Assembly (NCBI RefSeq): GCF_006345805.1
Contig: NC_043002.1
Coordinates: 89,280,001-89,344,000, forward strand
Direction of reading: 5' to 3'
Length of the DNA: 64,000 nt
Source of the DNA: Octopus sinensis
Taxonomy: Eukaryota
In this document: in pieces, positions 13,301 to 24,948 of the stretch
Numbering within the stretch: the stretch's first letter is position 1
Layout of the letters: every line of letters starts with the position of its first letter
Program-made: the position numbers and the translations under genes
The notes under the pieces: generated by a model
Database searches by the model: none
Told to the model about the DNA's origin: nothing
Seen by the model: the letters and a program-made list of their open reading frames with translations, nothing else

Positions 13301-14983
13301 TTAAATGTAATACAGGTATTTCTACATTTTTTTAAATATAAATGATGCAAGTTTATTAATACTTTGCTATGTAAGCCACCCGTCTGTGCAAGGCACCAGT
13401 AAACTAGTTTGGTGGCTACAGGGATTTAAAGTTCTTGCTCAACAATTTGTGCAGATTATAAAAGGTTCCAGATCATCAGTGTTCTGAAAGTCAGTGTTGT
13501 ACCTGTATGAATATCAATCAGTAGTCAGATTTTTTGCTGTTGCAGCTCTTTTTCATAGTAATAGAATGACTGATAGCTTTCTTCCAAGTATTATTGTATC
13601 TTGAAGTTCACATCTTAGGCTCATGCCAAAGAAAAAAAAATAAAGAATAATAAAAAGACTTCAATTCTATTTATCCTGATGTACAGGGTGTTCAAAAAGT
13701 TTCTCTGCTGTGAATTTTTCTCCAAGATGTATTTCAATGCATGTGTAGAAGAGTCAACTTATGTATTGAAAATGAAGGCACTTTCAACACTGCTTATAAA
13801 TTTTTTTTTTTAGTCTTGTGAATTCTAATATATTCTTATACCATCTTATAAATATTTATTTTCCAATAAAATCCTTACTGTGGAGAGACTTTTTGAACAT
13901 CCTGTTCTTCTGTTGGCAATTTGATGTCCAATATATTAATATGTTTTACTTTATTTCTAGTATTGGGCTTTCTCAGATATTCGAACTGGTAAAGTGTTAA
14001 CTAAAGTCACCGATACATCTGCTCCACACCGTAAGTTTCTTATCATATCTTATAACACAATCATTTTCATAAATGTTTCCATTGTTATCTGTGTTGTCCC
14101 AGCTTGACCACATCACACTCCACTGTATGTAAGTAATCAAAGAGTAACCCTTTAAATCATATTTTCATTATTCTTACGATGACACCTTTTGTCCCTTGAG
14201 GTTTGATAAAATGAGCACCTGGGTGATACTTGAGTCAACTCAGTTTTGTATCTCATCTCAGAGTGTAATTCTTGAATTTGCAAATTATGCAAGAGAAAAT
14301 CAGAACAGTTCTATACATTAAGGTATATTATAAGAACTAACAATCACTATTTTTTAGTACTGTGTTAATATCTCTGCTGCAGTGTTTTGGTTCTGTTTGA
14401 ACTGCTAATAATTTTAGGTAAAATGTAAATACTTCAAAACATGTAGAATCTTCAGTCTTAATATCATTACTAGTATTTGTGATTATAATGCATGTTACAC
14501 GATTTTTTTAATTAATTCTTTTTGTTTGTGTTGTTTTTAGCTCTGACTTGTGCACAATTCCATCCTGATGGTCTTATTTTTGGAACTGGAACTGAGGATT
14601 ATATGATTAAAATCTGGGATTTGAAAGAACAAATCAACGTAGCTAACTTCCCTGGGCATATGGGCCCAATTACCAGTATTGCATTTTCTGAAAATGGTAA
14701 GACTCACAGTGTATTCAAAATAATTTTTGTTTGATTTCACTATGAAATTTAATTTTGAAGTTTAAAAATAGATCTTTCTATCAAATATACTTTTTGATTA
14801 ACCATTAACATCTGAATGAATTTGGAAGATGGAAACTGTATGAAAACTCATCATTATATAGTTTCAAAAATTAAACAAGCATGACAAAGGAGTGAATATA
14901 GAACTTCATACACAAGATATGGATATGCTCATTCCTTGTTGATAATTGTCCGAAAAATCATAGCAAATTTCATACCTTTAATG

Positions 14984-15018
<35 letters not shown>

Positions 15019-18000
15019 GCACACACACGCACACATTCCTACATTGTGTGTATTACATGCTTGTAAATATGTGCATGAATATTGGCATTCCATGGCTTTG
15101 CTTGTCTGATTAAAATAGTGATATGTTTATGTTCTTTATTGACGTTACTAGAAGTTTCTCTGTGCTTTCACAGACTAATGGAATAAAAATATTATTAACC
15201 ATCTTACAAACAATAACTCTGAGCACCTTTTCAAACTCTACCCGTCCAACACCCTTGGACATATTTACAAAGTCAGAAAACAGCACAGCTCCCATGACTT
15301 TAGGAAACATTTTTTCACGCTGAGAGTTGCTGAAGTATGGAACAAACCGCCGGCATCAGTTGTTAGTTGTCGGAGCACTGCATCCTTCAAAACTTCCATG
15401 CTTCCTGAGATTCGCCAACACTACACCTGATTTTCTCCCCTCCATACACACACAATCTGACTCATACTTTGTTCGCTTTCCAGGCATTTGTACATTACTG
15501 TGTATACTTTATACGCACTTTCTGACAAGTTGTGGTGCACCTGAGCACTGTATACAATAATTTCATTATTATTATTAAAATGATCTCCTACCTGACAAAC
15601 AGGTAAGGATTGTGAGCAGGAAGAGTATCTGGCCATAAAATCCTTCTTCAAATAAGTCTTCATCCAGTCAATGCTAGCATAGAAAGAAGCAGGTGTTAAA
15701 CAGATGTTCTATTTTTCTACTATTTACCTTTTGATTTTTTAAATGTGTCTTTAATCATAGATTTATGATTACAACAATATTGTTACAATTCTATCAGCAT
15801 TTTCTGTTGTAATATAAATGGTATTGCCTCTTATCTTTTACTAAATTGTCGTCTTTCTCTTTCTCACCTCTCATTCGTTCATAGTCTCACTGTTTATACT
15901 ATTTTTTGTCTCTAGGTTACTACCTTGCTACTGCTGCTGAAGATGCTGTTGTAAAACTGTGGGATTTGCGTAAATTGAAAAACTTCAAGACTATCCAACT
16001 TGACGATAAATATGAAGTACGCAGTCTTTGTTTTGATCAGAGTGGATCGTATCTTGCTGTGGCAGGTACTGATGTTAGGTATGTATTGTTTATTAAGTTC
16101 TTGTTTCAACATCAACAATTTGAATTTTTGCCTCTGCAGTATTATATTCTAATTGGTCAAGAGTAAAGTGTTCTGATTAGAATGATGTGTCCCAACATTA
16201 CTAATTGTGCTAAGCTAATCTAAATACATGAAGATTTCTGAAGCAAACTGCCAGGAAAATTAGTCTGGAGTAAATTATTTTGATATTAGCAGTTTAATAT
16301 GACAAAACTAAATTGTTAAAACTTCATAATTAGACTTTCTGATTGATAAGATTTTTCAGTGTATCATTCATCATCGTCGTCATTATTATTTAATGTCCAT
16401 CTTCCCTACCGGCATGGGGTGAACAGTTTAACAGGAGCCGGCAAGTCAGAGGACTGCACCAAGCTCCACTGTCTGTTCTGGCATAGTTTTTACTGTTGGA
16501 TACCCTTCCTAATACCAACCACTTTACAGAGTGGACTGGGTGCTTTTTACACAGCACCCACACCAGTGAAGTCTGTTATGCATGGTTTTTAGAGCTGGAT
16601 GCCGTTCCTAACATCAACCACTTTACAAAGTGGACTGGGTGGTTTTCACATAGCACCAGCACCAGCAAGGTCTGTTTTGGTATGGTTTTTACAGCTTGAT
16701 GTCCTTCCTAATGCCGACCACTTAACAGAGTGGACTGGGTGCTTTTTCTATGACACCAACACTAGCAAGGACTGCATTGGCATGGTTTTTACAGCTGGAT
16801 ACTTTATATGTGGCACCAACATCAATGAGGTCTCCAAGTAGCTTGTAAGACAAAGATCTTTTGAGAGGAGGTGGCTTTGTGCCAGGTGATGAGAAGTTTG
16901 AGTATGACAGAGGGACAGAAACATGTTTTGCTGTAGAGGAGATGCATGGTTACCCTAGTCAGAGGGAGATGGTGGAAGTGTGTTAGGGAAAACTCTTAAG
17001 GTACAGGGATGAGAATATGAATGGAATGGCAGAGCATTGCCAGGGGTGCATGAGCAGGGAGTTCCTGTGAATGCTAAGTGGCGGGGAGAGTACAATGACA
17101 GGTGAAACCTGGGTATGTATAGGGGGGAAACAGGATAGCAATGACACAGTGGGCAGCACATTGAGGACAGGAGCAGGGAAGGAGAATGCATGAAAAAGAG
17201 GAAATCTGCAGAAAAGGAGAAGAGAAGATGTAGTTTGGTTTATTGGGGTCAGGTGTGTAAAAGATTTATTGTTACATGTGGGTGGAACGTAGAGTGCTTC
17301 CAGAACTATTTCATTGAGGTGGGCAGGTTTTCTCAAGAACTTCATATTATTAAACATATCAGTCTATTGTCATCTTCTCTGTAAGGCCCAACAGTCTGAG
17401 AATGTCTGTATTAAAATATTGGTAAGACTCCTGAGAATTTTTTTGGTGGTCAGTCACCTCCACACTTTTAGAGAGAATTGTTTCTAGCTTAAGTATAATG
17501 CCCGTGCTATCAGTTTTGAGGGGAGGGTGTTAGTTACTTCAGTCCCCAATGCTTCACTGGTACTTGATATTTTTCACCTCCAGAAAGTTGAAAAATAAAG
17601 TTGGTCTCAAGATTTGAACTCAGAACAAATAGCACTAGATATTTTTTTCAATCCTCTGATGATTCTGAGAGTTTAATATTGGAAACATTAAGGATGATTT
17701 TGATATCTAGAATTGTAGTACAAATATGAGTATTTCCTCAAATTTTTTATTTCCAAATTAAATTTTCCTTTTGACAGTTTGCTTTTTTTATAAGGCAGAA
17801 TATATCTGTCATGTAGGAAAAGTGACAAATTCCTTTGTTTTACTTGTTTACATAAATTTTTTTTTTTACACATCACTGAGTAACTTTTTTTTATTTTCTA
17901 TTTTAGGGTTTACCTCTGCAAGCAGTGGCAAGACTTGGCAGTTTTTAATGACCACACAGCATCAGCTACTGGTGTGCGATTTGGTCACAATGCTACATTT

Positions 18001-18051
18001 GTGGCTTCAGCTAGTATGGATCGTTCAGTTAAATTCTTTGGAATGAATTAA
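198..18051 (+). CDS. PRPF19: Pre-mRNA-processing factor 19 (coiled-coil/WD40 E3 ligase), 5'-partial. Exons 198-274, 808-865, 1234-1317, 4100-4173, 4429-4509, 5963-6004, 7472-7546, 8741-8816, 11121-11230, 11514-11669, 13961-14030, 14541-14696, 15916-16078, 17907-18051
   Basis: All introns are GT..AG with matching phases. The spliced translation gives Prp19 motifs ([55 protein letters not shown]40 repeats [49 protein letters not shown]) and ends at TAA 18049-18051. Confidence 0.98.
808..865 (+). CDS. PRPF19: PRPF19 coding exon ([19 protein letters not shown])
   Basis: AG 806-807, GT 866-867; coiled-coil motif. Confidence 0.96.
1234..1317 (+). CDS. PRPF19: PRPF19 coding exon ([27 protein letters not shown])
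   Basis: AG 1232-1233, GT 1318-1319; lies within ORF 1179..1367. Confidence 0.97.
2897..3117. mobile_element. piggyBac-type MITE, family A (TIR CCCTTTAGCATT)
   Basis: TTAA on both sides (2893-2896, 3118-3121) and terminal inverted repeats; related copies near 11995-12170, 33221-33405 and 37355-37765. Confidence 0.85.
3705..3849 (+). repeat. 145-bp copy of 10824-10966 flanked by an 18-bp direct repeat
   Basis: TTATACATCTCAGCCTCT at 3687-3704 and 3850-3867; the insert aligns end to end with 10824-10966. Confidence 0.9.
4100..4173 (+). CDS. PRPF19: PRPF19 coding exon ([24 protein letters not shown])
   Basis: AG 4098-4099, GT 4174-4175; phase fits both neighbours. Confidence 0.93.
4429..4509 (+). 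CDS. PRPF19: PRPF19 coding exon ([27 protein letters not shown])
   Basis: AG 4427-4428, GT 4510-4511. Confidence 0.93.
4597..4778 (-). mobile_element. RTE LINE 3' end with (ATG)n tail
   Basis: Begins with (CAT)n on the + strand; same family as many copies in the window (AGGAAGGGCATCCAGCTGTAGAAA motif). Confidence 0.85.
4955..5180 (+). mobile_element. tRNA-derived CORE-like SINE, 5' part
   Basis: TGGCTGTGTGG A-box, GGTTCAGTCCC B-box, ACCTTGGGCAAGT core motif. Confidence 0.85.
5181..5335 (-). mobile_element. Older inverted copy of the same CORE-like SINE
   Basis: Reverse-complement match to 4955-5110. Confidence 0.8.
5963..6004 (+). CDS. PRPF19: PRPF19 coding exon ([14 protein letters not shown])
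   Basis: AG 5961-5962, GT 6005-6006. Confidence 0.95.
7167..7360 (+). mobile_element. Probable Penelope-like element terminal remnant between (TA)n tracts
   Basis: Degenerate minimal-hammerhead-like motif GAAGAGCATAGGCTCAAAACGTA; family assignment is inferred. Confidence 0.4.
7472..7546 (+). CDS. PRPF19: PRPF19 coding exon ([25 protein letters not shown])
   Basis: AG 7470-7471, GT 7547-7548. Confidence 0.95.
7891..8310. mobile_element. Two RTE LINE 3' ends joined tail-to-tail (7891-8150 +, 8151-8310 -)
   Basis: GATGATGATG|ATCATCATCA junction; arms are reverse complements. Confidence 0.9.
8741..8816 (+). CDS. PRPF19: PRPF19 coding exon ([25 protein letters not shown])
   Basis: AG 8739-8740, GT 8817-8818. 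Confidence 0.96.
8935..10332 (+). mobile_element. 5'-truncated, degenerate RTE LINE (RT C-terminal half + 3' UTR)
   Basis: [27 protein letters not shown] (RT motif), RLxWYGH-like segment, 3' UTR ending ACATTAAATGATG. Confidence 0.88.
11121..11230 (+). CDS. PRPF19: PRPF19 coding exon ([36 protein letters not shown])
   Basis: AG 11119-11120, GT 11231-11232. Confidence 0.97.
11514..11669 (+). CDS. PRPF19: PRPF19 coding exon ([15 protein letters not shown]...[11 protein letters not shown])
   Basis: AG 11512-11513, GT 11670-11671. Confidence 0.97.
11727..11988 (-). mobile_element. CR1/L2-group LINE 3' end with (ATT)n tail
   Basis: Reverse complement of 15323-15576; encodes an [18 protein letters not shown] end of ORF2. 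Confidence 0.88.
12220..12430 (+). mobile_element. Degenerate SINE fragment (Meta-like central domain)
   Basis: GTTTGATTCC B-box-like, TTGAGCAAGACACTTTATTTCACATTGCTCCAGTCCACTCAGCTG. Confidence 0.5.
12790..13023 (-). mobile_element. CR1-group LINE 3' end, second family
   Basis: Minus frame reads [31 protein letters not shown], then a short 3' UTR with AATAAA and an A-rich tail. Confidence 0.8.
13961..14030 (+). CDS. PRPF19: PRPF19 coding exon ([23 protein letters not shown])
   Basis: AG 13959-13960, GT 14031-14032. Confidence 0.96.
14541..14696 (+). CDS. PRPF19: PRPF19 coding exon ([16 protein letters not shown]...ITSIAFSEN)
   Basis: AG 14539-14540, GT 14697-14698. Confidence 0.97.
15165..15576 (+). 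mobile_element. CR1/L2-group LINE 3' end with (ATT)n tail
   Basis: [31 protein letters not shown]; near-identical copy at 30915-31295. Confidence 0.88.
15916..16078 (+). CDS. PRPF19: PRPF19 coding exon ([25 protein letters not shown]...AVAGTDV)
   Basis: AG 15914-15915, GT 16079-16080. Confidence 0.97.
16365..16850 (-). mobile_element. RTE LINE 3' end with ~100-bp internal tandem units (about 3.5 copies)
   Basis: Units start near 16471, 16571, 16670 and 16769. Confidence 0.75.
17907..18051 (+). CDS. PRPF19: PRPF19 terminal coding exon ([26 protein letters not shown]...[13 protein letters not shown])
   Basis: AG 17905-17906; stop TAA 18049-18051. Confidence 0.96.
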
Positions 18052-18213
18052 GACCATTACTTTATGTGAATGTGTGTATGTGAGCATATATGTGTGAGTC
18101 TTCGTTTGTAATGTGCTGCAAGTAATGTCAGTTGTGGAAAAGCAAACTTTTAAAGACATCTTGCTAATGTCCATTTCATCAATATTCTAAATTTGACAAA
18201 CAACATGGATTTT

Positions 18214-18219
18214 AATAAA
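18214..18219 (+). promoter_or_regulatory. Candidate polyadenylation signal of PRPF19
   Basis: AATAAA ~160 nt after the stop, followed by a GT/T-rich tract; not verified by transcript data. Confidence 0.5.
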
Positions 18220-20067
18220 ACAGTTGCTGTTAGTATGTGACCAAATTTTTTTTTTTTTTTTCAAAAGTAAAGTTATCAGATATTCAGTTTTTTAAGAGTA
18301 CATACATGCTTTTCTAACAGCTTCTTATGTAACTAGTGACAATATTGTATTTATTAGATCTGGTTTGGAATCTCTCAGTGTGAAGATAATCGCCATGCAC
18401 TTTGCACAGATCACTCCAGTTAGCTTTATTGTTGATATAAATATTTCATTGGAATTTATCAGTATGAAGATCAGTATTATACATTTTAACACAGATCATC
18501 TATCCACTCTAGTTGGATTCTATTGTTAATAGGTATTATGGTGTGAGATTTGTCATTAAAGCTCCAGATCCTATCTAGCTTCATTTCAAGAACCTACAAA
18601 ACAAGTCTTTATTTACTGATCTTTTCCTTGTCTTTATATGTCAAAAACTACAGTCTTTTTACTTAATTTATTTTGAAGTTAGGTTTCATATAGTTTTAAA
18701 ATACTTCATTCTTTTATCCGTTTCTTAAATCCTTTTACACATTTTGTAAGTTTATTTTTAAACAATGATTGAGTTAGATAACTTAAGGCTAAGTTACTTT
18801 TAATTTTACATTAAGAGATGCAAATTACTTTGGTAGACAGTGACATGATGTTTCTTGTCTTCTAATGATTTTTCAGTCAACAATTAAATATATATACAAA
18901 GCTGTTCTGGAGTTAGACCAAGTTGTTAATGGTTTGTGGAATTTTAGACTATAGTATATCTTTGGATGATTTATTTTCTATAGCAGGTTCCAAATTCCTT
19001 CCAAAAATTAATTATACTATAGAAATTTATAACCATGGTAGAAAAGTTTTCTTTTTTTTAATCATTTTCCCCCTTGTTTCATCAGAATTTTCCTCTATAT
19101 AATATTACCATGATAAAATCAAATTCAGAATTTTAAGCATGTTTCAAATATTCTAGAAATGATTGTGCAGTGACTTCTTTCAAGAGGCAAATTAATTGCC
19201 TTTGATGTACAGTTCTACAATCATAATGGTTGTTATAACTAAAACTGCTTTCACTCTTTCCATCCAACATGTGGCAAAGAGGATTCTGCACATCATTGAT
19301 AATATTTCATTCTTTTTTGATATTGTATTATTTTTCTTTATTATTTTATTAACTGACTCATCTATCATCAGAAATAAAACTGTTAATTATTATAATTTCT
19401 TTCTTGTCTTTATATTTCTTTCCCTTTTTACCATTGTGGTTAGAATGACATAAACTGCTTCATAATTCTTTTCTCAGTTCAGATCCCACCAAGATTACCT
19501 TTTCTCTTCTAGGGTCACTAAAACAAAGTCCCAGTCAAGTATTGAGATTGATTTGACTAACTACTCCCACAAATTTAAGGCCTAGTGCCTATATTAAAAA
19601 CTATTGGCTGGTTGTATGATCAAGGAAGTTCATTCCAAGAACATGGTTTTGAGTTCAGTTCCACTCTACAACACCTTGGGCCAACCAAATCCCTGTGAGT
19701 GGATTTAGGAGACAGAAATTGGAAAAAGCCCATTGTGTGTGTTAGCACTATGATAATTGCTTAGCCAGGAGCAATGATATTGATATCATTTTCACTGTCA
19801 ATAGGTTGTTTGTTGGCTGAGTGCCTTCAAAGACATGGAGTAAAATTTCAATTAACTCTGAACAGTTTTGAAAGGGTTTATCTTTCAAAAGGTTAAAACT
19901 GTTTCAAATGCATTAGTCTTTTAATATTGCACTGACTACTGCAAGACACTCGCTTTTAATGAAGTGGTTCTGTCTGTTACTTACATTTGCTAATCTATTT
20001 TAACACCCACCACTGCAACTCATAACCTTTTCATGTCCAACGAAATGGTTTCCACGAAGCTCCTGTA

Positions 20068-20870
20068 TCATCATCATCATCAATGTTGAACACCTGTTTT
20101 CCATGATGGCATGACTTGAACTGGTAAGGCCAGGGGCTGTACAAGGTCCCATAATCTGTTTTGACTTGGCTTCTATGGCCAGATGCCCTTCCTAAAGTCA
20201 ACCACTCCAGTATATTAGGTGCTTTGGATCTTTTCGGTTTGAACGGCAGTTTTTTCTAGCGGTGTCATATGAAATTGTCACCCATAATTATGACCCTAGT
20301 ATCGATCTATTGCATTTCAATCTGTTTTAGGGTTAGGGGTGGGGGGAAGGGTATCTTTTTTTTTTTCAGAAATGTAAATAAACCCAATCCGTTTCTTAAA
20401 CGAGGGACATTTTTATACGGCAGAGAATGTTTTCACCTCAATAGATGTCATTGATTGGTTGAAATTGAAGAAAAAAACAACAAATATCTTCTAAACTATA
20501 GAATTTTCTCAATAAAGCCAAGAGAAAAAGATGTTTTATAAACACATTCTACCAGTATACGAAGTTTAAAAGTGTTATGTGGAAATTATTTTAAAAAACT
20601 GCCGTTCAAACCGAAAAGATCCGGTGCTTTTTATGTGGCATCAGCACCAATGCTTTTTACATAGCACCTTGGTTTTGGGATCTCAATTGTTGTGGTGGAT
20701 GGGTCTTCTAGAGTACAACAATGTGCCACATATCTCCATCCTCTGTCATCTCCTTTGTAAGACTCAGCATTTTCAGATAGGGCCTTCAATACTTCATCCC
20801 ATGTTTTCTTGGGTCTCCCCATTCCACAACTTTCCTCCACCTTAAGTGATCAGCACTTCTTTATACTTTG
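20068..20870 (-). mobile_element. RTE LINE 3' fragment interrupted by a Merlin-type MITE
   Basis: (CAT)n tail at 20068; GRPKKTWDEVL in ORF 20631..20840. Confidence 0.8.
20226..20622 (+). mobile_element. Merlin/IS1016-type MITE, copy 1
   Basis: TIR GGATCTTTTCGGTTTGAACGGCAGTTTTT; 8-bp TSD GGTGCTTT (20218-20225, 20623-20630). Confidence 0.9.
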
Positions 20871-21114
20871 TCCAATCTTAACTGTAATATATGATCATTC
20901 ATCTCTTCTTTGCCTTTTCTCATCTGTCCTGTGAAGAACAATTGTTTTTTCCACTTAAGAAAGAGGTGTAGCTCTTTATGCTACAAAAAAGTTGATGTAA
21001 CTGGGAGATTATTCAATTCAATGGAAATTAAATAAACAAGCTGCCATGTGCTACTAGTTCAAAACTGATTGAAAGTAACAAGTTGATAGAGTAGTTATAA
21101 CTGGATTTCTAAGC

Positions 21115-21478
21115 AAGTAAAAGCACCGTTCGAGCGTGGCAGTTACTAGCGTCGTCTGACTGGCATCTGTGTCGATGACACGTAAAAGCACTGTTCGAGC
21201 GTGGCAGTTACTAGCGTCGTCTGACTGGCGTCCGTGTCGATGACACGTAAAAGCACCAACCGATCGTGGCCGTTTGCCAGCCTGCTCTGGCCCCTGTGCC
21301 GGTGGCACGTAAAAAACACCCATTACACTCACAGGGTGGTTGGCGTTAGGAAGGGCATCCAGCTGTAGAAACACTGCCAAATCAGACTGGAGCCTGATGC
21401 AGCCTCCATGGCTTACCAGACCCCGGTCGAACCGTCCAACCCATGCTAGCATGGAAAACGGACGTTAAATGATGATGA
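21115..21478 (+). mobile_element. RTE LINE 3' UTR with tandem subrepeats
   Basis: Repeated CGTAAAAGCAC units and (ATG)n tail. Confidence 0.85.
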
Positions 21479-22125
21479 CTATAGATATTCAAGCATTTCA
21501 TTCTTGGTCTACCCCTAGGGTGGCTCAGCTAGAAGAATTTGTCTTTTGATTCTTTCAAGCATCATTCCAGAGTAGTGAAACTGTGACCTCACTATGAAAT
21601 AATGGCTTGATTGGGTGAGACTCCCTAATCTCCACGCTATGCACTCTTTCATATATTTTTAATGCAGGGATTCTTTGGAGGAACCTCATTTTGGCTGCTT
21701 GTATTCATGATTGTACTCTTTTGGTCATAACCCAGGATTCATGACTGCAATTGAACATAGACACGGAAACTGAAAACAGTGAGTTTGGCATTTTTACTAA
21801 CCTCTCCTCTTCTGAGGATCAAATGCTGGAGCTGGGGCATTATTGTACCACCACCTGCAATTCTAGCATCCAATGCAGGTTTCTGCTTCCTAAGTTAGCA
21901 GTCTTTCTTCAGATAAACATCAGTGAGATGGAGGGAGACTTGCATGCACGAGCAATTGCTGGCTGCTAGCATACCTCAAATAATCTTGCCCAGGTCTGCA
22001 TATATGCGCAGATGCACCCCTTCACCCATAAATGTGACTGTCAAACATTTGTCATTTGGTATTCAAATATGTCAATGAGTACTTAGCTGTTTGGATTTCA
22101 GAGAAAGAATTCTTTGCAAATAGTA

Positions 22126-22499
22126 TCTCTTTTACTTGTTTCAGTCATTTGACTGCGGCCATGCTGGAGCACCGCCTTTAATCGAGCAACTTGACCCCAG
22201 GACTTATTCTTTTGTAAGCCCAGTACTTATTCTATCGGTCTCTTTTGCCGAACTGCTAAGTAATGGGGACATAAACACACCAGCATCGGTTGTCAAGCAA
22301 TGCTAGGGGGACAAACACACACACGCATATATATACGACAGACTTCTTTCAGTTTCCGTCTACCAAATCCACTCACAAGGCTTTGGTCAGCCCGAGGTTA
22401 TAGTAGAAGACACTTGCCGAAGGTGCCACGCAGTGGGACTGAACCTGGAATCATGTGGTTGGTAAACAAGCTACTTACCACACAGCCACTCCTGTGCCT
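22126..22499 (-). mobile_element. Full-length CORE-like tRNA SINE
   Basis: Reverse complement of the 34033 and 52735 copies. Confidence 0.9.
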
Positions 22500-24710
22500 A
22501 TCTGTCATGTCTTTCTCATGATTACTTATGTAAAAAAAAAATCAACCCAGAATCAAAACTATATTCATAATTTGGTTTGTTCACTATTTTAACTTTTCTT
22601 CAGTAACCCTCAAAATAAAATATTTCATGAAATAAATAAATAAAATAAAGACAGTTTCGAAAATTAGTTTATTTCTAAGAAATTCTGTATTTTTTTGTAG
22701 ATTTTTTTTTCACAAATTCTTTCTTTACTTACAGTTTCTACTTACTGGATAGAGCAAAAAAATAATAATTACTATGGCAAACATTGAAAGACATAAGAAT
22801 ATTTCTTGACAGAAAAATAAATTTTGACTAGGTTTCTTTTTCTTTTTCATTATTTTTGTAAGAATGGATATAAATCTATCAACATTTTAGTAATTGAAAG
22901 CTCAAAGGTTCGTTTGTTTTCCAAACATTTTTTTGTTACTAGGAATTTCCCCAAAATGTTAATGTTTTAAGTAAAGTTGGCCTACTCAAAAGTTATAAAG
23001 GAAAAATAAAAACAACTAAAATTAGTTAAGCAAGAGACATAACTGTTTAACTTTTAATTCAACTGAGTTCTCAGCTATTTCATTTTAGAAACGAGATATT
23101 CTTTCTTTTTCCTGCAGATTAATTCAGCCAAAAAAAAAATGAAGTTATATTAGTTGGACATCTAAAAAAAAAAACCCAGCTAAGCCAAGTTGTTTTTAAT
23201 TGTATGTTATTTTCGTTCATTCTTTTACTTGAAGACAAATCAGATTGAGATCATAATCATTAACATTTGGTAATTCTTTGTGTGATAAATTAACCTTAAT
23301 GCAAATGTAGAAATATTGTTGAATGGTTAAGTTATGGTTGGTTGAATAATCAGGTTCTGAAACTATCCACTAGCATTCTGAAAGTGTTTATGATGTTGTC
23401 ATGACCCAAACAATAGAACTCTGCCCTACTTATGAATAGTTATTGTTTAGTCCATCATGATTAAGCAGATTTATGATCGAAGGCATCTCATGACCATCCT
23501 ATCTTTTCTTCTTCAGGCAATGAGATCTATGAGTACGTTAGTAGGTAATGGTTTGTGGAAGCTTCAGGAACTATTTCTACTAGATACAGTGATTGTGTAG
23601 TGGTTTCCTTGTAAAAACCACTGTAATAACTGACAGAGAGTGGAGTTGAAGTGAGAAAATAGTTTATTATGAATGGGCTTATTTTTGCTTTATCTGTCTT
23701 AGCTTTGCTGATGGCTGCTTTCTAGAATGAGTTGTTTAACCTTAAATTATCTCTATCAAGCAGACATACGATCAAAGTCATTCTAGTCATGACCTTGTCT
23801 GTTTTTGTTTCCAGTGGACATGAGACTACATTATTCAACATATACATTTTTAAGGACAGTAGATAGTGATTTAGCTGCTTTTTCTATTGGGTTGAGTGTC
23901 TCTGTAAAAACTCCTACACTGACTCAATCTTTAAATAAGTAGCATGAGTAGGTACAATTCACCACTGTAAGCAGCAAAGGTACATTCTTCCCTGGTCGTG
24001 CATAGAGAAAGGGATACAGCAATGTTTGCTCTTAGGATTATTGGTAAAAAAAATTTTTTTTAATTAAAAAAAAACAAAACAAACAGATCAACTACAAGAA
24101 TTACTTAACAAATTATAATCCCAATGTTGAGTTGAAATATTTCTGAAAAGAACTTCAATAGATTGAACAACCTAAGTTTCAAATCTTCAGTTAAAGGTAA
24201 AAGTAAAACCAGAAATATGTATCTAATGACATCCTTACATATAACTGACCAATTGAAGTTTGACTTTTATGACAAAAATATTAACATACTATATGCCAAA
24301 CACAGATTTTTCATTTTAAAACAACAATCTTTTCAACTACAGAAGGATGGTTTATAAACACAGAATAGAATGTTACTGATGAGTCAGCTTCCTAGCTGTT
24401 CGATGTCTTTCCTAAATAAATTATAGAAATATTCACTTTCAACAAAAATGACTTTTTATGAAACCCAAAAGGGTAAATAATGAGGATATACTGAAAACCT
24501 GATTAGAGACTGATTATATGTGATTTGTAATGATTTGCTTCTATTTCAAAGAACAAAAAACATTTTCACCTGTAGTAAGCATTCACAAATTGTAGACAAA
24601 CAGAGACTATCACATTGTAAATTTGACGGAGAAAAAAATTTAGCCTTTTATAAACTGTATTGGAAATAAGACATTACAAGAAAATAATATGGCATGATTC
24701 TATCATTTTA

Positions 24711-24948
24711 ATCCTCCTGTGACTATATATTCTTAGGTAATGCTTTAATTAATTTTCAAAATAACACAGAATTTGGCAGGATTTAGTAAAATAACTCCAT
24801 TTTAATCTGATATCTGGAACATAACTTCAAAGGACTTTTTTTTACATAAAATTATGGGAAATTTTAACTTTAATTTTAAGCACTTCAAAACGGGCAGTTT
24901 TGTATTTTAAAACAGAGCTGGCCTCCAGGGGGTTGGTATCAAAAGAGT
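24711..24948 (+). mobile_element. Degenerate piggyBac-type MITE, family B
   Basis: Shares internal ATTTAGTAAAATAACT and the end GGTTGGTATCAAAAGAG with the 44719 copy. Confidence 0.55.

Noticed and set aside
13371-13435. AGCCACC/GGTGGCT stem followed by ACA
   Set aside because: Single 7-bp stem without a partner hairpin; insufficient evidence.
16450-16830. Regularly spaced repeats suggesting a CRISPR-like array
   Set aside because: Whole units repeat with no unique spacers; they derive from a LINE 3' UTR in a eukaryotic intron.
24375-24410. CTGATGAG followed by a stem-loop (hammerhead-like)
   Set aside because: The required GAAA box and stems I/III are absent.
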